Positions 17,691 to 27,142 of a DNA stretch of 64,000 bases are shown here, in pieces. Source of the stretch: an uncultured Candidatus Micrarchaeota archaeon. GTDB lineage: Archaea > Micrarchaeota > Micrarchaeia > Anstonellales > Bilamarchaeaceae. The notes beneath the pieces were generated by a model, which searched no databases, was not told the DNA's origin, and worked only from the letters and a program-made list of their open reading frames with translations. Position 1 is the stretch's first letter, and each line of letters opens with the position of its first letter. Position numbers and translations under genes: made by a program. Location of the stretch: the NCBI GenBank assembly GCA_963804385.1, contig CAWDQD010000007.1, positions 100 to 64,099 of the forward strand. The letters run 5' to 3'.

Positions 17691-18668
17691 ATGCACAAGA
17701 TGAACAATCTCGAATACTCAACAATGGTGAAGGAGCTTTCTCACCTGGTAGGGAAGCACTTCAACCGCATGCGAAAGATTGGCCAGAATATTTACCGTCT
17801 CAAGATAGGCACCACCGAGATACTCTGCGAGCTCGGCATCCGTATCCATCAGACCATGATAATAGAATCCAGCGAGCTGACGGACAAATTCGTGGAGAAA
17901 GTCGGCAAAGAGCTCGACAATGCTAGGCTCCTCTCGCTGGAGCAGGTCAACAAGGACCGCATCGTCGCCTTCAATTTCGACAAGGGCAGCCTGATATTCG
18001 AGATGTTTGGTGAAGGGAACGCCGTTCTGGTGCGGGATGGCAAGACGGTCAGCGCGACGACCTTCCAATCCTGGTCTGACCGCGAGATCAAGGCCGGGGC
18101 GCCGTATTCGCTTCCGAAGAACGTCCCGGCAGAACGCATCGAGCCATCTGACAGGTATATCATCGTCTCGCTCATGAAGCTACCTATGGGCAAGGAATAC
18201 GTGGTGGAGGCGTTGCACCGCGCTAAGATCGACGAGAAGGCCGCAGGCACTTCACTATCCAAGGATGATATCTCGCGCCTCGAGCACGAGATCGAGAATA
18301 TAAAAAATAATCCGAAGCCGTGCATGTTCGTCGATTCAGGCAAGGTCGTGGACATCTCCCTTTCCCCGCTATCGAAATACGAAGGCATGGATGTGCGCTC
18401 TTTCCCCACGCTGAGCGCAGCTGCCGATGCATATTATCCGGTCGCTGAGCGGCCGAACCCGAAACTAGAGAAACTCATGAACCGTCTCGAGAAGCAGCAG
18501 GAGCGCCTCCTTGAATTGAGGGATGAAGAAAAGCAATACAAAGAGGCTGGGGATTTGATTTACGGCAAGTACCAAGAAGTTGAAAGCATACTGGCCCTCG
18601 CCAAAGAAGGGAAATTCGGTGAGATGAAAGCGGACAAGAAAGAGAAGAGCGTGGAAGTCGAATTATAA
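17691..18668 (+). CDS. NFACT-N (FbpA/RqcH-like) protein, truncated relative to full-length family members
   Basis: N-terminus NLEYSTMVKELSHLVGKHFNRMRKIGQNIYRLKIG, plus a coiled-coil segment. Only 325 aa, with no NFACT-R/DUF814 part. Confidence 0.6.
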   Translation: MHKMNNLEYSTMVKELSHLVGKHFNRMRKIGQNIYRLKIGTTEILCELGIRIHQTMIIESSELTDKFVEKVGKELDNARLLSLEQVNKDRIVAFNFDKGSLIFEMFGEGNAVLVRDGKTVSATTFQSWSDREIKAGAPYSLPKNVPAERIEPSDRYIIVSLMKLPMGKEYVVEALHRAKIDEKAAGTSLSKDDISRLEHEIENIKNNPKPCMFVDSGKVVDISLSPLSKYEGMDVRSFPTLSAAADAYYPVAERPNPKLEKLMNRLEKQQERLLELRDEEKQYKEAGDLIYGKYQEVESILALAKEGKFGEMKADKKEKSVEVEL

Positions 18669-18757
18669 GCCGGATATCGAGCTTATGCTGTGTTAGTTTT
18701 TGGTAAATTAAATATATTTAAAAATAGTTTGGCGGATAATAGACTCAGTGATATTCA

Positions 18758-19087
18758 ATGCCTCCAGAACAAAAACCAAAGACGCCAGAACCGACCGTAA
18801 AGCCAGCCCCACCAAAAACCAATGGCACGCCGCAGCCATTCAGGACGCAAACCCCGCTTCCACCGGAACAATCCAAGTCCGGAGAAACAGCGGTCCCAAC
18901 CCAGGTGCAACCCTCCGAGTCTTCCGGACCTACCAAGCCGAACCCGGCGGCGAGTCTGGATGAGGCGATTGTTCAGGCTATAGATGATAACCACGAGACC
19001 CGTCCGGTCGATGTCGCATCGGCTGCCAATGGTCATGCGACCGTGCCGATCTCGGTCGAAGAATTGAGGAGAAGGGGATTGCTCTAG
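18758..19087 (+). CDS. proline-rich low-complexity ORF, doubtful
   Basis: 109-aa ORF, P/T/Q-rich. Followed out of frame by a copy of the NFACT-gene tail (19087-19164). Confidence 0.3.
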   Translation: MPPEQKPKTPEPTVKPAPPKTNGTPQPFRTQTPLPPEQSKSGETAVPTQVQPSESSGPTKPNPAASLDEAIVQAIDDNHETRPVDVASAANGHATVPISVEELRRRGLL

Positions 19088-19263
19088 TGATACTGGCTAA
19101 AGAGGGGAAATACAGAGAGATGAGAGCCGACAAGAAAGAGAGATTTGCCGAAGTAGATATCTAATCCTGCCAGCCAATCCTTCCTTTTCCGCTCGGGTTT
19201 TTCCTGTGTTAATAAATGTAAATTCGCATATATTTATAAACTGTTTCAAACACATAATTAATC

Positions 19264-19947
19264 ATGTTTGCTCACAAGTTGGACCGCCGGGAAGACGCTC
19301 GTGGCTTCATAAAACTAGCCCCCCTCAAACCGAATCCTCTCAAGGCAGTGGAGCCTCTCAACGAAGCGGCCCGTCTCGCACCCAAACCGACGGACAAAGT
19401 GTTCTCATACGGATGGGGCGAGCATGGCCCCAGGTTCCGGGTGAACGGCCAGATGCGCGAGATCGATGTGGTGAATCGCAAAGTGATGTTCGAGCAGGTT
19501 CCGGCGAAGAAGATCCCCCTGGTCAGCGACACCCAGGAATGGAACATCCTCACGCCTCCGGATTCCTCGAGCGCCAGCAACGTAACCCGGTTCCCGGGAG
19601 TGGTTTATGTCGGTCAAAGGGAAGGCTGCAAGAAATTCATGATCGGTAATCGGGTGTACGCGGTCTCGCCTGACGGCACATCGAGCGCGCTGAAGCACAT
19701 CATTCCCCCTGAAACTCCCGCAACAACTGGAGCGAATCCGTCGGCGGCTCCAAAAACCAGATTCATACTAGGCTTCACTGAAGATTCTTTTGTCTGCATG
19801 GATGATGGCGTCCTGCGCCACTACCCACTTCCGGAAGCGCCATCGACCCATTTGAGTGGATCAGTTCCGCGCAAGACCAAACCCAGAAAGTCCGGAGGGG
19901 AAATCCTAGGTGCCATGGGCGGCGGAACGGTCTTCATAGATCAATAG
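19264..19947 (+). CDS. hypothetical protein
   Basis: 227-aa ORF preceded by tatatttataaa. No recognised motif. Confidence 0.5.
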   Translation: MFAHKLDRREDARGFIKLAPLKPNPLKAVEPLNEAARLAPKPTDKVFSYGWGEHGPRFRVNGQMREIDVVNRKVMFEQVPAKKIPLVSDTQEWNILTPPDSSSASNVTRFPGVVYVGQREGCKKFMIGNRVYAVSPDGTSSALKHIIPPETPATTGANPSAAPKTRFILGFTEDSFVCMDDGVLRHYPLPEAPSTHLSGSVPRKTKPRKSGGEILGAMGGGTVFIDQ

Positions 19948-20363
19948 GCCGAATCGTTCGTTATCAGGTAGGGCCGCAGTATCATCGCGGCCTTCTTCGG
20001 CTTGTCCGTGGATATGCCGAGGACGGTCATCTTGTCGTCTTTGGCTATGACATTGACTGTCTGGACGTTGAGGCCCTCCTTCGAGAGCATGCCCGTTATC
20101 CTCTCCGTCTCGCCCGCTTTCTCGATGAATTTCACGATCGTGGTGTTCGGGTCCTCGACCTTGTATCCGGCGCCCTGCACGACGTCCTTGCCTTTCACGA
20201 CGTCGGATATGGTCATGGTGATTATGGCTTTGCCCCCTATGACATCCACGCTGAGGGCTTCGATGTTTATCTTGGATTTTGCCAGTACGTATGATATGTC
20301 AGCTAAGAGCCCGACTTTGTCATCGGCTACGATTGCAAGGTTTTTCACAGTCCCACCAGTCAA
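19941..20363 (-). CDS. ACT-domain protein
   Basis: Two ACT-like halves: LAIVADDKVGLLADISYVLAKSKINIEALSV, and a second beta-alpha-beta-beta-alpha-beta half. Confidence 0.65.
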   Translation of the reverse strand: MTGGTVKNLAIVADDKVGLLADISYVLAKSKINIEALSVDVIGGKAIITMTISDVVKGKDVVQGAGYKVEDPNTTIVKFIEKAGETERITGMLSKEGLNVQTVNVIAKDDKMTVLGISTDKPKKAAMILRPYLITNDSAY

Positions 20364-20656
20364 ATATTGTAAATCTGGATATATGGCGTCTTATTTATAT
20401 ACATAATGTCCCGTTTCCCGGCAACCCCGGCATCGACCGCGGAGCCCACGGAATCCTTCCCCACGAGGTTCGCGGATACGAACCCGCGCAGGGCCTTCTT
20501 GACGGCCTCCGGGTCCGCCTTCTCCCCGACATAGAACGACCGGTAGCGGTCGAGGTCCATGTAGACCCTGCCGTCATCGAGCACCTTCCCCACGAGGTCC
20601 TCGTCGCATACGGCAACGACCTTGCCTGCCTGCGTCTGGTGTATCCTGAGGTACAT
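20360..20656 (-). CDS. DUF424-family archaeal protein
   Basis: MYLRIHQTQAGKVVAVCDEDLVGKVLDDG...FYVGEK...ANLVGKDSV...TPYIQIY matches the conserved DUF424 pattern as I recall it. Confidence 0.65.
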   Translation of the reverse strand: MYLRIHQTQAGKVVAVCDEDLVGKVLDDGRVYMDLDRYRSFYVGEKADPEAVKKALRGFVSANLVGKDSVGSAVDAGVAGKRDIMYINKTPYIQIYNI

Positions 20657-20726
20657 GGAGAATCATTTGAACATATCGGTTTATGTTCCTTGGTATCAAA
20701 AATTCGGGAAAACACCGTGATAAATA

Positions 20727-21365
20727 CTACATAAACCCGGCAATAGAGTTCAAAATCAACGTTCCGAACATGCATATCACCGCTATGAAGAACAGGAAGT
20801 TCGCGATCTCGAGCATGCCGAATATATCGTTTATGGAGGTCTTGGTGCTCTCAAGATCCGCGATCTGGTTGGCGATGTCGCTGTTTATCCCAGCGACGGA
20901 CTCTTGCATGCCGGACACGTTCCCCTCCACATTGGAGAAGCCGGAGATCGCATTCCGCAGCTCCGTAGCCGAGTCCTGCATGGACGTGGCGGCGTCGGTC
21001 AACCCGCCGGTCATGCCGGAGCCGAGCATCGGGATGGAGGACGCGGCCTGCGCTATCGAGCTGATGGAGCTGCTGGTGCTGTCCAGCCCGTCCGCGAGCG
21101 GGGTTATGGAGTCCTGCAGCTCATTGACAGTGGTATTGGCGCTTCCAAGCGCGGCTTCTGCGTCCCCGGCCACGTTTTGGAGGCTGGTCAGGTCGCTCTC
21201 GACCGCGTTTATGTTGGATGTGAGTGCCGCCTGGGTCTTGTCCAGCGCGTCGTTCACCATGAACGTGAATACCAGCAGTCCGAAGATCCCGATGAACGCG
21301 ATGACGACCGATGCGCCATACAGCGACTTCTTGAGTCCGGAAGAGAGACCTTCGTCTTTGGCCAT
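20727..21365 (-). CDS. membrane protein with extracellular coiled-coil region
   Basis: TM helices at both ends and a Ser/Thr/Ala-rich helical middle. Last gene of the operon 21961->20727. Confidence 0.55.
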   Translation of the reverse strand: MAKDEGLSSGLKKSLYGASVVIAFIGIFGLLVFTFMVNDALDKTQAALTSNINAVESDLTSLQNVAGDAEAALGSANTTVNELQDSITPLADGLDSTSSSISSIAQAASSIPMLGSGMTGGLTDAATSMQDSATELRNAISGFSNVEGNVSGMQESVAGINSDIANQIADLESTKTSINDIFGMLEIANFLFFIAVICMFGTLILNSIAGFM

Positions 21366-21650
21366 TCATCTCCCCTTCTTCTGCTTGCCTTCGAATTCGT
21401 CCAGCACCTCGTTACCGCTTTCGGTCAGCTCGAGGAAAAGCGGTTTCCCTCCGGGGTTGATGATCCGGACATAGCCTTCTTCTACGAGGAGGTCTATATG
21501 CTTCTTGATGCCCACATGGCTCAGTTTCATGTTGGCGGCTATCGTGTTGAGGTAGCAAGGCTCGTTGCCTTTGCCACACTTGCGGATTTCCTTGAGTATC
21601 CGCACGCGGGTATCCGCCCCCTTGCTCCAGTAGAATAGTACGGTTTTCAT
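21366..21650 (-). CDS. winged-helix (ArsR/PadR-like) transcriptional regulator
   Basis: Start MKTVLFY at 21650, with an ATGA overlap with the upstream gene. RVRILKEIRKCGKGNEPCYLNTIAANMKLSHVGIKKHIDLLVEEGYV is a wHTH segment. Confidence 0.6.
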   Translation of the reverse strand: MKTVLFYWSKGADTRVRILKEIRKCGKGNEPCYLNTIAANMKLSHVGIKKHIDLLVEEGYVRIINPGGKPLFLELTESGNEVLDEFEGKQKKGR

Positions 21651-21961
21651 TCTACCCTCTTTCGGATGTCTTTCATGGTCTTGTATATCCCGTAGCATGA
21701 GACGGCGAAGAGGAGCGTGGCTACGATCTCGCTCGCGTCATTCAATATGCCCAGCGCCTCGGGGCTTCTTATAAGCGGGAAGAATATGATGAGCCATTGC
21801 GAGAGCGCCATGAAGAACGCAGAGAGCAGGAGGGAGAGCCAGTACCAGCCCCGGTCCGTCTCGGAGTACAGCTTGTAAGCGACCACGACCGCTCCGGCCA
21901 CGCTCAGTGCGGCGACCACGCGCAGAACGGGGAAAATCAGGTCTAATTCGGGGGGCATCAT
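21647..21961 (-). CDS. small three-TM membrane protein
   Basis: 104-aa hydrophobic ORF, first gene of the operon. Confidence 0.5.
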   Translation of the reverse strand: MMPPELDLIFPVLRVVAALSVAGAVVVAYKLYSETDRGWYWLSLLLSAFFMALSQWLIIFFPLIRSPEALGILNDASEIVATLLFAVSCYGIYKTMKDIRKRVE

Positions 21962-22010
21962 CTCACCTCATCGAATAAGGCAGGGATAGGTTTATAAATA
22001 CTATTACCTT

Positions 22011-22031
22011 AAGGTTACATTAACATTACAA
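22011..22031 (+). promoter_or_regulatory. 21-nt motif AAGGTTACATTAACATTACAA between TATA box and start codon (copy 1 of 2)
   Basis: TATA tttataaa is at 21991-21998 and the motif starts 12 nt later, in the TSS region. The same motif with one mismatch is at 47883-47903. Confidence 0.6.
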
Positions 22032-22045
22032 AGTCAAGACTTAAA

Positions 22046-22810
22046 ATGCAGCTAAATATATCTGACGAGAGGCCATTCATGTCCGAATTCATACTCGCTA
22101 TTGAGAACGCTACGAAAGACTACCGCACAGACCATACCGTCTTCCAGGCGCTCCGCGGCATAAGCCTGAAGATACGCAAAGGCGAATTCGTGTCCATCGT
22201 GGGTCCCTCGGGGAGCGGCAAGAGCACCCTCCTCCACCTCCTGGGCTGCCTGGACGTGCCGACAAGCGGCGAAGTCTATCTGGACGGAAAGCCGATCTCG
22301 AAGATGAGCGGCGACGAGCTGGCCGAGGACCGGAACAAGAAGATCGGCTTCGTGTTCCAGGCGTTCAACCTGTCATCCACGCTCACGGTGTTCAGGAACG
22401 TGGAGCTGCCGCTCATGATATGCGAGATGGAAGAGAAAGCCAGGGCGAAGATCGTGGACGACCGCCTCAATATCGTCGGTCTCCTGCCCAAAAGGAACAA
22501 CCTCCCTTCGCAGCTGAGCGGCGGGGAGCGGCAACGCGCCGCCATCGCGAGGGCGATAGCTAACGACCCGGAGATGATCCTCGCGGACGAGCCCACAGGC
22601 AACCTGGATTCCAAATCCGGGAAAGTCGTGATGGATTTCCTCTACAACCTGTGGAAGGAGAAAGGCATAACGATAGTCATAGTCACTCATGAGCCCGTGG
22701 TCGCTGCGTACAGCGAGCGGACGATCTATATACGTGATGGGAAGGTCGAGAAGGAGACCACCCAGAAACCCAGGATCGCGACCCATGAAGACCTAAAAGT
22801 GAAAGCATAA
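22046..22810 (+). CDS. ABC transporter ATP-binding protein (MacB/LolD-type)
   Basis: Walker [10 protein letters not shown], signature [14 protein letters not shown], Walker [12 protein letters not shown]. Alternative start MSEFIL at 22079. Confidence 0.9.
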   Translation: MQLNISDERPFMSEFILAIENATKDYRTDHTVFQALRGISLKIRKGEFVSIVGPSGSGKSTLLHLLGCLDVPTSGEVYLDGKPISKMSGDELAEDRNKKIGFVFQAFNLSSTLTVFRNVELPLMICEMEEKARAKIVDDRLNIVGLLPKRNNLPSQLSGGERQRAAIARAIANDPEMILADEPTGNLDSKSGKVVMDFLYNLWKEKGITIVIVTHEPVVAAYSERTIYIRDGKVEKETTQKPRIATHEDLKVKA

Positions 22811-22823
22811 AGGTGGATACACG

Positions 22824-24404
22824 ATGAAGATGAACGTTTGGTTAGGGATATTGGTATTGGCACTCATGTGCTCAGTGGGATTCTCCACGAACAACGCGGC
22901 GTTGCAGCTGACTGGTCACACGACCCTTCCGGGTACTATCTATCCCGGCACTGTGGCCCAGCTCGAGATCAGCCTGACGAATTCCGGAACTGATACCGCG
23001 GCCGGTGCGATAGTAGAATACAAGACTCCTTTGGAGAGCCAGTATTCTCAAATCTCATTAGGTGATATCGGAACCGGAGCCACGGCTACCACCACGATTC
23101 CATTCACAGTGCCTGCCAATGTGAGCAGCGGATTCTTCAATATCGATATCAACGTTGTCTATTTCAGCGATGCATCGAAAACCGGCCTTAAGAACAGCCC
23201 GGTATCGATACCGATACAGATATCGCAGCATGAGATACTCAGTGTCAAAACCATTTCCGTGACCCCCCTCTCCATACAAGCAGGGGACCCGGTGACGGTG
23301 CAGCTTCAGATAGAGAACACCGGAGGCGTCATGAACGACGTGACCATAACGACCCCGGATTCATCCACCTTCCTCATCCAAGGCGTCACGCAGCAGGTGG
23401 TGGGCGCGATCCCTTCCGGAGGCAGCACCAATGTTTCCGTGATACTATCCAGCTCATCATCGACCCCGAGCGGTAAATCCACCATACCTCTGATTGTGAG
23501 CTACCAGGATGAGCTATCGAACGTTGTGAACCAGACAATATACGTGGGTCCAGTGACGGTATCCGCTTCCTCGGGCCAGTTCGGAGTGACGATGCAATCC
23601 CTGAACCCGGTGGAAGTCGGTTCAGAAGCGCAGTTCGCGCTCACGCTCGAGAATTTCGGAGGCAGCAGCGCTTCCCCGATCGTGGACATCAACCAGACTA
23701 GCCAGTTCACCCCGATAGGGTCGACGCTCATCTATTTCGACAGCATACCTCCGGGCGAGAACGAGACCAAGATAATCACCGTGGGCATAGGGTCCAGCAT
23801 CGCAGCCGGATATTACAACCTGCCCATGTCGGTAATGGTGAACGGCGGAAGCTATGCAGAGGACGTAGGCGTCGCGGTGGTCGCGACCCCGGACGTGATC
23901 GTCACGGCGACGACGCAGCCGTCTTTCATCTCAGGCGGAACCAGCGGCGCCAAGGTGGTCGCCCAGATATCTAACAACGGCAACAGCGCCATAAGGAGCG
24001 TATATGTGACCACGGAGCCGCAGAGCGCGATGCCCGTGATCGGCGCAACGGACCAGTTCATCGGGACCCTCAACGTGGACGATTTCGCGACCTTCCAGGT
24101 AACGGTCGACGTCCCGCAGAACCTGACCCCCGGCCAGTACAACCTGCCGATAATGGTGGACTTCAAGGACGCGGACAACATACAGCACAACCTGAGCAAG
24201 AACATCCCCATAACCATCTATTCGCCCATGGACGCCGCCAGGCTCAATGGGGGCGCGAGCGGAGGGGCCACCACCAGCGCAGCAGCCGCTGCCAGGAGCA
24301 GGGGCGGGCTCTTCGGCTTCAGCTATCTGGAAATCGGCATCGCGCTGGTAGTGATAGTGGCAGCGTATTTCGGATATAGGAAATGGAAGGGAACCAAGAA
24401 ATGA
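22824..24404 (+). CDS. secreted multi-Ig/CARDB-like (COG1361 S-layer-domain-like) protein with C-terminal TM anchor
   Basis: Signal peptide, repeated beta-sandwich-like modules (LEISLTNSGT.., LQIENTGG.., LTLENFGG.., ISNNGNS..) and a C-terminal TM helix. Typical partner of archaeal MacB-like transporters. Confidence 0.65.
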   Translation: MKMNVWLGILVLALMCSVGFSTNNAALQLTGHTTLPGTIYPGTVAQLEISLTNSGTDTAAGAIVEYKTPLESQYSQISLGDIGTGATATTTIPFTVPANVSSGFFNIDINVVYFSDASKTGLKNSPVSIPIQISQHEILSVKTISVTPLSIQAGDPVTVQLQIENTGGVMNDVTITTPDSSTFLIQGVTQQVVGAIPSGGSTNVSVILSSSSSTPSGKSTIPLIVSYQDELSNVVNQTIYVGPVTVSASSGQFGVTMQSLNPVEVGSEAQFALTLENFGGSSASPIVDINQTSQFTPIGSTLIYFDSIPPGENETKIITVGIGSSIAAGYYNLPMSVMVNGGSYAEDVGVAVVATPDVIVTATTQPSFISGGTSGAKVVAQISNNGNSAIRSVYVTTEPQSAMPVIGATDQFIGTLNVDDFATFQVTVDVPQNLTPGQYNLPIMVDFKDADNIQHNLSKNIPITIYSPMDAARLNGGASGGATTSAAAAARSRGGLFGFSYLEIGIALVVIVAAYFGYRKWKGTKK

Positions 24405-25657
24405 AGCTAAAGGACATCTTCGCACTGGCGATCACGAACATACAGCATCGCCACCTGCGGAGCTGGCTGACCATATTGGGCATCGTCATAGGTGTCGCAT
24501 CGATAATCAGCCTGATCAGCATAAGCCTGGGAGTGAGCGCGGAGATCAACAGCAGGATAAGCACGCTCGGGACCAACATCATAACTATCAGCCCTGGAGG
24601 CCAGCAATCTGCTAGTCTTGGCGGCGGCTTCGGTGGCGGCGCAGGGCCAGCCCGTGGCGCGACCGGCGGAGGCGGAGGAGGCGGGGGATTCGGGGTGCAG
24701 ACCAGCCAGGCGACCCTCTCGTTCGAGGAAGCCAATGTGCTGCGCAGCCTGCCGGGAGTGTATAGGCTCGACGCCAGGCTCTCGAAAAGGGAGCAGGTGC
24801 AATACAAGGAGCGCAACGCCACCCTGAGCATCGTCGGCACCGAGCCGGATGCGTTCCCGGATGACGTCGGGGTCAATCTGACATCCGGCCGTTACCTGAG
24901 CTCGAGCGACCAGTACGCGGCCGTGATAGGATACAATATCGCGAACGAGACATTCAATGATTTCAGCATGATCAACAAGCAGATAAAGATCAACGGCGTG
25001 CCTTTCCGCGTCGTGGGCATACTCCAGCAATCGGGCTTGGGATCCTCTGACAGCACGGTCTACATACCGCAGAGGACGGCGCAGACCCTGTTCAACCAGT
25101 CCACCGACGCGAGCCAGATAGTCGTGGTGGTCTCGCCGGACCATGACACCGATACGGTCGCCTCCGAGATAGAGGACGAGCTGATAATCCTCCATCACGT
25201 CACCGCGACCACCGAAGACTTCACGATAACCACCGCAGCCACATTGCAATCCACGATATCCAGCATAACCGACACGCTGACATTGTTCCTCGGAGGAATC
25301 GCCTCCATCTCCCTCCTGGTCGGAGGCATAGGGGTCGCGAACACCATGTTCATGAGCGTGCTGGAGCAGACGAAGGACATCGGCGTCTTCAAGTCCATCG
25401 GAGCGAAGAACAGGGACATCATCTACCTCTTCCTCTGCGAAGCGGCCACGATCGGCTTCATAGGCGGCGCGCTCGGTGTGGCCTTGAGCTACGCGGTATC
25501 CTACATACTCGCGTCGCTCGGCATACCCAGCGTCCTGGACCCCACCCTCGTCATAGGGGGGCTCGTGTTCTCGGTGCTTATCGGCATAGTCGCTGGCATC
25601 GCCCCGGCGAGGAACGCGGCGTCCATACCTCCGGTCGAAGCGCTGAAGTACGAATGA
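24383..25657 (+). CDS. ABC transporter permease (FtsX/MacB family)
   Basis: N-terminal TM helix, a large extracytoplasmic domain, and a C-terminal FtsX-type 3-TM bundle (LFLGGIASISLLVGGIGVANTM...). Overlaps the upstream gene by 22 nt. Confidence 0.85.
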   Translation: MEGNQEMKLKDIFALAITNIQHRHLRSWLTILGIVIGVASIISLISISLGVSAEINSRISTLGTNIITISPGGQQSASLGGGFGGGAGPARGATGGGGGGGGFGVQTSQATLSFEEANVLRSLPGVYRLDARLSKREQVQYKERNATLSIVGTEPDAFPDDVGVNLTSGRYLSSSDQYAAVIGYNIANETFNDFSMINKQIKINGVPFRVVGILQQSGLGSSDSTVYIPQRTAQTLFNQSTDASQIVVVVSPDHDTDTVASEIEDELIILHHVTATTEDFTITTAATLQSTISSITDTLTLFLGGIASISLLVGGIGVANTMFMSVLEQTKDIGVFKSIGAKNRDIIYLFLCEAATIGFIGGALGVALSYAVSYILASLGIPSVLDPTLVIGGLVFSVLIGIVAGIAPARNAASIPPVEALKYE

Positions 25658-25723
25658 ATTCCTTTTGGTTTTTTTCAACAGATTTATAAGTCATAACTCC
25701 GTCATCAGATGAGAGGTGGAATC

Positions 25724-27142
25724 ATGCCTGATATGCTGAAAACACTCAACCCCCATCAGAGGGCGTATGTGGATCTCGATCTCGCCAACCCGCAAAACGG
25801 CGAATACATGCTCGGCGCGTTCCATCTCGTCCCCGAACCTGGCCTCAATATCCTACAAGCCGCGTGCGAGGTCGCCGCGGAATCATCTACAGGAACGAAT
25901 TTCCTGGTCAAGACCGAGACCCCGTTCTCCAAGCGGATGAACGCGATGGTCTACAAGGTGGACGACGCGAAGAAACTTGTCTTCATCGCCTACCCATGGA
26001 GGCTTTTCGATCGGCACGGGAACGTCCAGAACATACTCACCTACATCGCCGGGAACGTCCTCGGCATGAAGCAGGTCGCGGAGCTGAAGCTGCTCGACGT
26101 CTGGTTCCCGCCATCAATGCTCGAGCAATACGATGGCCCGAGCTACACCCTGGATGACATGCGCGCGTATCTGAACGTCTACGGCAGGCCGATTTTGGGA
26201 ACAATAGTGAAGCCCAAGATGGGGCTGACATCCGCCGAATACGCAGAGGTCTGCTACGACTTCTGGGTGGGCGGAGGCGACTTCGTGAAGAACGACGAGC
26301 CGCAGGCCGACCAGGATTTCTGCCCCTACGACAAGATGGTGAGGCACGTCAAGAAAGCGATGGATGCTGCCGTCAAGAAGACCGGTAGGAAGAAGGTCCA
26401 TTCGTTCAACGTGTCAGCTGCGGATTTCGACATCATGATAGAGAGATGCGAGATGATCCGCAACGCTGGCTTCGAGCCGGGGAGCTACGCTTTCCTGATA
26501 GACGGCCTGACAGCCGGCTGGATGGCCGTGCAGACCCTTCGTAGGAGATACTCCGACGTCTTCATACACTTCCACCGCGCCGGCCATGGCGCTTTCACCA
26601 GGCCCGAGAATCCGATCGGCTTCACCGTGCTGGTGCTCTCCAAATTCGCCCGTCTCGCAGGGGCCTCTGGCATACATACCGGGACAGCTGGAGTAGGGAA
26701 GATGGCCGGGAGCCCGGACGAGGACATAGTCTCCGCCCACAGCATCCTGCGCTTCAAGGACAAAGGCCACATCTTCGAGCAGAGCTGGGCCACCATACCT
26801 GACCAGAACGCCTACGCGATCGAGCTCGACCGCAAGGACCGCTCGAACCAGGTCATACTGAAAGAGGACGACTGGCGCGGGATCAAGAAATGCTGCCCCA
26901 TAGTCTCAGGCGGCCTCAACCCGACTCTTCTCGCGGAATTCATAGACCTCATGGAAGGCATGGATTTCATTACTACCATGGGAGCCGGCTGCAACGCGCA
27001 CCCGTGGGGCACGCAAGCCGGGGCGACCGCGCTCGTCCAGGCATGCGAAGCCTATACGAAAAAAATCGACATCCACAAATACGCCAAGAACCATAAGGAG
27101 CTGGCCGAGGCCATAAAGTTCTTCTCGCCGAAATCAAAATGA
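25724..27142 (+). CDS. rbcL: ribulose-1,5-bisphosphate carboxylase/oxygenase large subunit, form III-type
   Basis: GGDFVKNDEPQ (carbamylated-Lys motif), FIHFHRAGHGAF, SGGLNP. Start chosen at the ATG preceded by GAGGTGG; the ORF track start is 25709. Confidence 0.9.
   Translation: MPDMLKTLNPHQRAYVDLDLANPQNGEYMLGAFHLVPEPGLNILQAACEVAAESSTGTNFLVKTETPFSKRMNAMVYKVDDAKKLVFIAYPWRLFDRHGNVQNILTYIAGNVLGMKQVAELKLLDVWFPPSMLEQYDGPSYTLDDMRAYLNVYGRPILGTIVKPKMGLTSAEYAEVCYDFWVGGGDFVKNDEPQADQDFCPYDKMVRHVKKAMDAAVKKTGRKKVHSFNVSAADFDIMIERCEMIRNAGFEPGSYAFLIDGLTAGWMAVQTLRRRYSDVFIHFHRAGHGAFTRPENPIGFTVLVLSKFARLAGASGIHTGTAGVGKMAGSPDEDIVSAHSILRFKDKGHIFEQSWATIPDQNAYAIELDRKDRSNQVILKEDDWRGIKKCCPIVSGGLNPTLLAEFIDLMEGMDFITTMGAGCNAHPWGTQAGATALVQACEAYTKKIDIHKYAKNHKELAEAIKFFSPKSK

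Noticed and set aside
24407-25678. 423-aa ORF on the minus strand
   Set aside because: It is entirely antisense to the well-supported FtsX/MacB permease. It is Arg/Gly/Asp-rich low-complexity sequence, typical of a shadow ORF in GC-rich DNA.
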